Source of the DNA: Octopus vulgaris
Lineage: Eukaryota
Reading direction: 5' to 3'
DNA length: 64,000 bases
Assembly (NCBI GenBank): GCA_951406725.2
Contig: OX597826.1
Span: forward strand, 35,030,001 to 35,094,000
This document shows positions 56,441 through 64,000 of the stretch, one piece after another. A program made the translations under genes and the position numbers. How positions within the stretch are numbered: the stretch's first letter is position 1; each line of letters starts with the position of its first letter. Under the pieces are notes generated by a model. The model had not been told where the DNA came from, did no database searches, and saw nothing but the letters and a program-made list of their open reading frames with translations.

Positions 56441-58410
56441 CAGTGATGGATCTACTAAAGAACTTCTGAACCTTAAGCTTCATGCCCCTTATCGCGGAGG
56501 GGCTCCTCTGAAGCAACTTAATATTTTTCACACTGTCAATTGTTATGTTTTTGTATTTTGCTGTGCAGATTACTGTTATCAGTCTTAGAAGACAACATCA
56601 TCTCGTACTCCTACGCAGAGTCTAGCCACGAGCTGTTCCGCCCGCTGTTTTTGCTGGAGTGGAATAGTATCAAAAATAAAAGTACAAACAACTCGCAGAT
56701 AATTCGCCTTTCTTGAATAATTTGGAAACTTCAGCCCTGCTCCTCCCAACATCAAATATATTTACTACTATATGATTATGGTGGAGATAAGAATTCTTAT
56801 TTTCTCGGCGGAACACCATTATTTAATGACTAATGAAACTGTTTGCCTCCTAATTTTGGACTTACAATCTGTTCAGTAACAAAGCATTTTTTTCTAATTT
56901 AAAAATTGTTTCAGTATCACCTTGTACAAAATGACCAACTCCTCATTTATGACTATATATTAAGTTGTGGTCCCTTATCTTGATTGATCTCTATTTTGCT
57001 GTGGCGAATGGAAATATTACCCCCAATTTTTTTTCCACAGGGTCTAGGCCCCAAGAGGAATAGCAATGTCTCCAAGAAAGTACTTAAGCGGATACCAGAA
57101 ATGCCAACTCAAGGAAAAGGCAATCTAATGAAATTTCTAAAAGTCAAAAAGTATCAAACTATTTTACAATGTCAAGTAAAAGTTTGTCAACAACTGCAAC
57201 TGAAACAAGCTATGCAAGCCCCAGTGAAGTCAATGATAGTGCACAAACCATGAGTGCTCTGTTTAGCAGTGATCAGCATACTGTTGACACTTTTGGTGCA
57301 GATGATGATCACAGCGGTCAAGAACTTCATAAAGTTTTTGACCGCAGGAAACAAAATTAGTGATTTCAACAAATACAGTGACCTGGCAAACTGGCCCATA
57401 ATAATTGTTAATGATTTCATACAAAACTGTCTAATGCAAGGCATCAGTTTTTTTTTGGTTTTTGTTTCAAAAAAGAAAAAAAAAATGGATAATGTATATA
57501 CTGAATCCAACAAGATTTACAAACAGCAAAATCAAAGTTTCTCAAACAAGTACTTTGAAAAAAGACTGGAAAATGGTCAGACTGTGATTAGATCCGGGTT
57601 AGTTTACTCAAAGAGGAAAAGCTGTATATATTGTTTTGTTTGCAAACTCTTTTCTTATGCAAAATACTACTTACAACGGGTGGGTTTTCTGATTGGATGA
57701 ATATACTCAGAACACTAGAAAATCATGGAGACAGTATGGAACATAATTGTGCGATGTTGAGCTGGCTTACACAAAAGTCAAATAAAAAAAAACTGTAGAT
57801 CAGCAGCTTGAGGAACAGTTGAGAAAAAACATGCAGTACTATTTTGAAATATGAAGTGACTAACATCGAAAAATACCTTAAGAATGAGAACCCAGGTTCG
57901 AAATTTCCCCAAGACACCTGATGAAGGCTGGAGGGTATGTAAGCCGAAATATGATGAGGACAAATATCAATCAAATGTAAATAATGTGAGTGAAAGAGGT
58001 TTAGCATTTAGCGGTCATGAAGAAAGTGGGGCTCCCCAAACACTGGAAATTTCATGGGGACCATTGAGCTCATTGTGGAGTTTGACCCATTTTTACTTGA
58101 ACATTTAGAGAAATGTAAAAATGGAAAAGTAAATATTATTTATCTCTCCAGATCTATGTATGAAGAATTCGTAGAAATAATGGGAAAACATGGAAAAGAT
58201 GGAGTGGTGAATCATATCAACAACCTGGACACCAAATACAATTCAATTGTGATTCTACACCTGACGTGACATGTTCACCAACTGGTAATAGTGGTTCGAT
58301 GCTGTTATAATGGAAAGCCCCGTGAGAAACTTTTAGAATTTTTGCCAATAGAAAACCATTCATCCACGACCTTGTTCAACAAAATAACACAATTTCTGGG
58401 GGAGTATGGT
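56441..58410 (+). mobile_element. Decayed hAT transposon (ZMYM1-like/TTF-zinc-finger transposase), 3' part missing
   Basis: FSNKYFEKRLENGQTVIRSGLVYSKRKSCIYCFVCKLF (TTF-type finger); KYL/SERGLAFSGHEE; GTIELIVEFDPFLLEHL..YLSRSMYEEFVEIMG; REKLLEF; possible left TIR cagtgatggatcta at 56441. Confidence 0.85.
57870..57987 (+). mobile_element. Short insertion with partial hammerhead core interrupting the hAT transposase
   Basis: cac CTGATGA aggct..agcc GAAA; splits transposase motif KYL|SERGLAFSGH. Confidence 0.7.
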
Positions 58411-59347
58411 GACATGTTCGCAATTACTTTATTCAATTATATATCCAAAAGTTGTTTTTTAACAAAAATTATATTAATTCTCAAAATTAATTTCACAGTT
58501 TTAGATTCTTTTAAAATCATAAAAAATAATAATCCATAATGATGTTTGGCTTTCCATTTGTTACAATGATGAGTGCTCTGGATAATCCGATTAATGGTTC
58601 ATACTGCACATGAAACAACCTTACAAGTGGCTGAGTATTCCACAGACATGCACACCCTTAACATAGTTCTCAGGAAAATTCAGGGTGACAAAGAGTATGA
58701 CAAGGCAAACCCTTTGATTAACAGGTACATCTCATTATTACCAGCTGAGCAGGGAACTGGAGCAGCTTGAAATAGTGATTTGCCCAAGGTTACAATGAGC
58801 CACCAGTTCAAATTCTGCCGAGGTCGACTTTGCCTTTCACCCTTTCGGCGTTGATAAATTAAGTACCAGTTGTGTACTGGATCAGATGTAATCGATTGGC
58901 CCCCTTCCCCAAAATTTCGGGCCTTGGGCCTAGAGTAGAAAAGAATATGCTGTGCTTGAGAAGGACACCCATCAAACCAAGTGAAATCGCAATCGTGGCA
59001 GATATTGGAGTCATGCAAAGTGACACCTGTGCTGGGGGCACGTAAATGCCCTTATTATGCTTACGGAGTGGTTGATGATATGAAAGCATCCAGCCATAGA
59101 AACCGTGCTAAATCTAAGGTCTGGTGCAGCCCCTCAGCTTACCAGCCCTAGTCAAACCCGTCCAATCCATACCAGCATGGACAACGGAAGCTAAATGATG
59201 ATGATGAGATATAAGATCCAAGGATCAAAATGCTGGAAGAATATTAGCTTGAAGCAATTTGTAGTAAATATAAAAAAAAAAACATTTATCAGGGACAATA
59301 GGGGTTTATTGAGGTGGAAGGTCGCGGATTATTTTTTGCAAAGGTTG

Positions 59348-59423
59348 AAACAAAGGTAGAAAACGGTTGCAGAAAACGGTTGCAGAAACGGTTGCAGAAA
59401 ACGGTTGGAGAAAACGGTTGCAG
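59348..59423 (+). repeat. 12-13 bp tandem repeat (gaaaacggttgca) x5-6 at the mariner 5' junction
   Basis: Directly visible. Confidence 0.9.
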
Positions 59424-60066
59424 AGACAGTTGTCATGATTCAAACAGCTTACAAGGTCACTGCCACGAGCAAAATGAGTTTATGAGTGGTTTTCACGTCT
59501 TTAGCTATGGTCACTTCTCGCTTGAAGACCAATCTCGTTCAGGGCGACTGTCGACATTTAAACAAGTGAAGACATCATGAAAATTCATGTACTGATCGTG
59601 GCGGATAGTCGCTAACAAATGACGAACTTGTTGATGTAACTAGTGTGTTCTGGAGCTCCTGTCAACGAATTTTCAGCAAGGAATTGGGAATGAAAAGAGT
59701 TACAGCAAAATTTGTGCCCTGCTTGCTCATGGAAGATCAAAAGCAACAGCGACTGAATATGTCATGAACTGAAAGAACAGTTGGAAGTTGATCCGGATCT
59801 TTTTCGAAGGTAATCATTGGAGACGAAAGCTGATACTACGCAATTTGCAGATGTGGAAGAGGCAAAAAAAAATTAAATGGCAGTGGCGTTAAAAGGCATC
59901 ACTTTGCAAGAGTTCCAGCACTGATTCGGACAGTGGAAAACACATCTAGACCAATGCATTGCTTCAAATGGAGAATATTTTGAAGGTGATAAAAGTGTAA
60001 ATATGTTAAACTAAGTGAATAAAATAACATTGCAGAAATCTAGTTTCTTTTGGGTACCTTTTCATA
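59400..60066 (+). mobile_element. Internally deleted, decayed mariner (Tc1/mariner) element
   Basis: YEWFSR..SLEDQSRSGRLST; ELGMKRVTAKFVPCLL (WVPHEL motif); SKVIIGDES*YY; WKTHLDQCIASNGEYFEGD; ends in TIR-like ttttgggtaccttttca + TA. Confidence 0.88.
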
Positions 60067-60407
60067 TAGATATATATATATGTGTGTGTGTGTGTGTGTA
60101 TTGATATTCATATACGCATATGCATACATATATGTATTTGTCAGTTACAACTTTGGAAATGGATAACTTTTATTCTGTACTTGGATATATATATATATAT
60201 CGTCTGTAAAAGACATAAATCTGATCTCGCTGGAGTGGCCTTATACCGGCCTTATCTAGTTTATATATATATGTATGTATGTCTATGAATTAATGTCTAT
60301 TTCCTGCCCTGGTATGAGTTGGATGGTTTGACTAGAGCTGCCCAGGTACAGAGCTGCACCAGACTACAATTGTCTGGTTTCGCATAAATGAGTTAGTGAA
60401 TGTGTGT

Positions 60408-60445
<38 letters not shown>

Positions 60446-61229
60446 TATATGCATTCATAGATACATGCATAGATAGACAGATAGACAGACAGATAGATAG
60501 GCATATAGATGTATAGACAGACGGACAGATGTATAGACAGACGGACAGATGTATAGACAGACGGACAGATAGATAGACAGATGGATAGATAGATGGATCG
60601 ATAGATAGATACTCAAGGGCTGAATGTCTACCAACATACACTTCCTATACTCAAATAGAAACTGCTCACCTTCAGAATCATAATTCTCCTCTCCCTTTCA
60701 CTCCCTTCCTCATCCAACAAACAGTGCTATTAATACTACTATCATCAAGAATAATACTGATACTGCTAATACTACAAATGCTACTACTACTACTACTAAC
60801 AACAACAACAGTAATAACATCTACCATTATAAACACTATTGTTGGTGCGATAGCAATTGTTACATATCATTCGAGACATAAGCAGATTTCCATGCATTAT
60901 TTAATACGTAGAAGAAATTAAAACAAATAAATAAACATACATTAAGACAAAATTTAATAAAAAATAAGTAAGAGGCAGGAAAATAATAAGTTTTCTAAAT
61001 TGTGAATTTAAATCTAATTTCACAACTTAATTTTTCTTGTAAATATCTGTTCTGCAAATAATTTCTCAATGAGATTATAAATATGATATTATCTGATTAA
61101 TACTGCTATAAAATATTACTGCAAATTAATGGGAGATTTATTGTTTCTTAATCACTTAAAGTTTTGATACATATATGTGCACACATATGCATATATTCAC
61201 ACATACACACATATATAAGTATGCATGTA

Positions 61230-61289
<60 letters not shown>

Positions 61290-61665
61290 TTCATGTGTAT
61301 ATGTATATATCTTTCTGTCAACATCCATATGTGTGTGTTTATATATATATATAATATACACTCAAACACAGACAGCACATGCACACATTCATACCGAGAA
61401 GCAGTCCACAACTATTCATATATACACTTCTTATATACTCACGTATTTCTACATGCACAGCACATAATCATTTATACATGCATACACACATACACACCCA
61501 TTTACACATGCTTATATTCATATATGGGAAGCTTGCTTGCCAGTCACATATTTGCAGGTTCAGCACCACTCCGTGACACCTTGGGCAAAAGACTTCTACT
61601 GCAAACTCGGGATAACCATAATCTTGTGAGTGGATATGGTAGACAGGAAGTGAAAGTAGCCCGTC

Positions 61666-61739
<74 letters not shown>

Positions 61740-61740
61740 T

Positions 61741-62064
61741 TGAGTAATTGAAGGAATTATCTTATTAAGGATAATTCGAAAGATAACCGATACCTGGGTT
61801 GCAAATTCACATCAGAAAGAACACGGTTGAAGCTACGTCCCTAGGGCATAGACTACGTGTCTTCGTGCGGAAATGTGTATGCTTATTTTAAAATTATAAG
61901 TATATTTTAAAATTATCAAGTTCCTTGATTTTCCTGATGAGAAATCTGCATAATGTACTCCTTATTCCTTCGGAATTAGGAATATGCAGCCTTCGAAACA
62001 TATGTCGAGAATAAAGTATATTTGTTAACTAGTCGTCCAACTCCATTCTTTCACATACTTATAA

Positions 62065-62070
<6 letters not shown>
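61741..62070 (+). mobile_element. ~330-bp TA-flanked non-coding HHR element; relatives at 46840-47090 (+) and 42415-42617 (-)
   Basis: Shared termini gaattatc... and ...actccattctttca; 42480-42617 is the reverse complement of 61745-61890. Confidence 0.75.
61928..62012 (+). ncRNA. Type I hammerhead ribozyme, core fully intact
   Basis: Stem I attttc/gagaat; CTGATGA (61934-61940); stem II gaa..ctgcata/tatgcag..ttc; GAAA (61995-61998); palindromic stem III acatatgt; GUC site at 62004-62006. Confidence 0.85.
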
Positions 62071-62161
<91 letters not shown>

Positions 62162-63164
62162 AGTCGTAAGTGACAGAGAAATAATTTGATGAAATTTTAT
62201 TTAACATTAAGAAAATTCAAATATCACGACACATTGTTTCGTAACTTATACCATGTAAATAATTTATATCATGATATTTAATGATAAATAAATTACTTGC
62301 ATGTCTACTGTAACGCAAAATATAAAAGATATTTCAAAATAGTCTCTGTTTGTGTGTGTGTGTGTGTGTGTGTTCCTACCACATCTTCCCATCAGTTCGG
62401 CAAAAGAGATCGATAGAACAGGTACCAGGTTTGAAGAAAGAACTAGTGAGGTCGATTCGTTTGAGTAGGAATTTTTCAAGGCAGTGCTCCAGCATGGCCG
62501 CAGTCTATTGACTGAAACAAATAAAAGATAAAAAATATGAAACAGGTACAACGACTCATACATATGCGAATATACACACATGCGCATAAGCACACATAAT
62601 CTCCAAATACACATGTTCCAGATATATAAACATATATATATATATATATATACAAACGAAATGGCATTAACAACACAAACGTCACGACTATCACCGGAAC
62701 CATAACAACCACTACCACTAACACCACCAGTATCACCATCCCTACCAACAGTAAGATGAGCCCAACAACCACCTACCCTTCGTAGTTATGACATTTTAGA
62801 AATAGTAGCCCTATAGCCTCAAATATTACTCAACAGTCTTACATAGGAGAACAGTAATGTGGCCCTACGTGAATCGTGTATAGATTGACAAAATGGCCAC
62901 GGTTGGGATGTCTTTGTTTACAGACCTGTTGGACCTGTGTTAAGAATGATTTAAAATTTTCAGCACAAAGCCAGTAATTTCGTGGGTAGAGGTAAGGCAA
63001 TTAGAGTGCTCAAGGGGTTTTATTTTATTTACCTCCGAAACGATGAAAGGCAAAGTCAGCCTCGTCGGCATTTGAAACTCAGAGCAGAAAGACGGACAAA
63101 ATGCCGCTAAGCATTTGATCCAGTGTGCTAACGATTCTTGCAGCTCACCGCCTTTCATCCGTAC

Positions 63165-64000
63165 TAACATCAACGTCAACTAGGACATGAACAACTACAA
63201 CAGCAGCCAGAACATCAAGAACAAGAACATCACCAGCGACAACAAGAATAACACCGACATCACTTTCAATGACACTATTACTACTACCACAGCCGCCACT
63301 ATCACCACCACCACTACTACTACTACTACTACCACCTTCACAACCACCACTACTACTACCATTACCACCACCACTATTACTACAACTACCACCACCACCA
63401 CTACCAGTCAAGGGCATAGCCAGGTTCTAAAGCAAGGGGAACGACCACATATAGAAATGGCACCTTAATACACGTCAAGCAATTGTTTTACTCTTTGCTG
63501 ATTATACATTTTATAAAAGGCGCCAATTTTAAAAAATGTGGTCGGGTGGAGCAGCAGCAATCATTCTCCTTGTTTCCCTTCTAGCAAGGTCACTGCTACC
63601 AATGCTAACATCAACAGCACTAACGGTACCACAGCCATTACTACAACCATAAGCACTTATATAATTGCGCAAAACACACACACACACACACACACACGCC
63701 ACCGCCATCACCACCACCACACCACTTCCGCCACTACCACCACTACCACCACCACTATGAACACCGTCAACACCAACACCATCATCAACAGCAGTCACGT
63801 AACCAACACCATTACTACCACCTTACCAACAATCACACCAACCCCATCATTACAAATACAGGGCCCTCCTACCACCACCAACACCATCGAGACATTCACT
63901 ACCAACTATGTCTACCTTATCACTATCATTGCAAATAGATTTCACAGCAACCACCTCTACCACTACCACCACCAAAATTGCCAGCACCAACAGTATCATC
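63165..64000. repeat. Degenerate (ACC/ACT/AAC)n tract
   Basis: Directly visible. Confidence 0.9.

Noticed and set aside
60200-60260. Possible Helitron 3' end (ggcc..ggcc hairpin then CTAG-T)
   Set aside because: The hairpin is only about 4 bp and no matching 5' end or other copy was found in the window.
63145-63798. Poly-Thr mucin-like or Gly/Ser ORFs
   Set aside because: (ACC/ACT)n simple repeat directly after a SINE; no signal peptide or splice support.

Overview
AT-rich, microsatellite-dense animal DNA. The tRNA-derived SINE families and (TA)n/(CA)n/(GAT)n tracts look like coleoid cephalopod (Octopus) sequence; this is recognition from memory, not a database hit. No host protein-coding gene can be supported, and nearly all short ORFs in the track are translations of simple repeats. 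The window is mostly mobile elements. It holds one CR1/L2-group LINE with an uninterrupted APE-RT frame (33318-36882) sitting in a (TA)n tract, plus an old 3' relic of the same family. There is also a decayed, internally deleted RTE LINE with many 3' fragments, an ORF1-only L1/Tx1-like element inserted in a SINE head, hAT, mariner and REL-endonuclease relics, several MITEs and dozens of SINEs. Four signals stand out. (1) The LINE's ORF2 has no usable ATG, overlaps ORF1 in the -1 frame, and has a T-TTT-TTA slippery heptamer plus hairpin where the overlap opens, suggesting -1 ribosomal frameshifting. (2) About ten type-I hammerhead ribozyme motifs, intact or decayed, lie in short non-coding TA-flanked elements, three of which are long fold-backs. 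(3) A ~98% identical 330-bp inverted duplication has copies 3.3 kb apart. (4) There are several short locally templated duplications. Coordinates were counted by hand, and boundaries of decayed elements are approximate.
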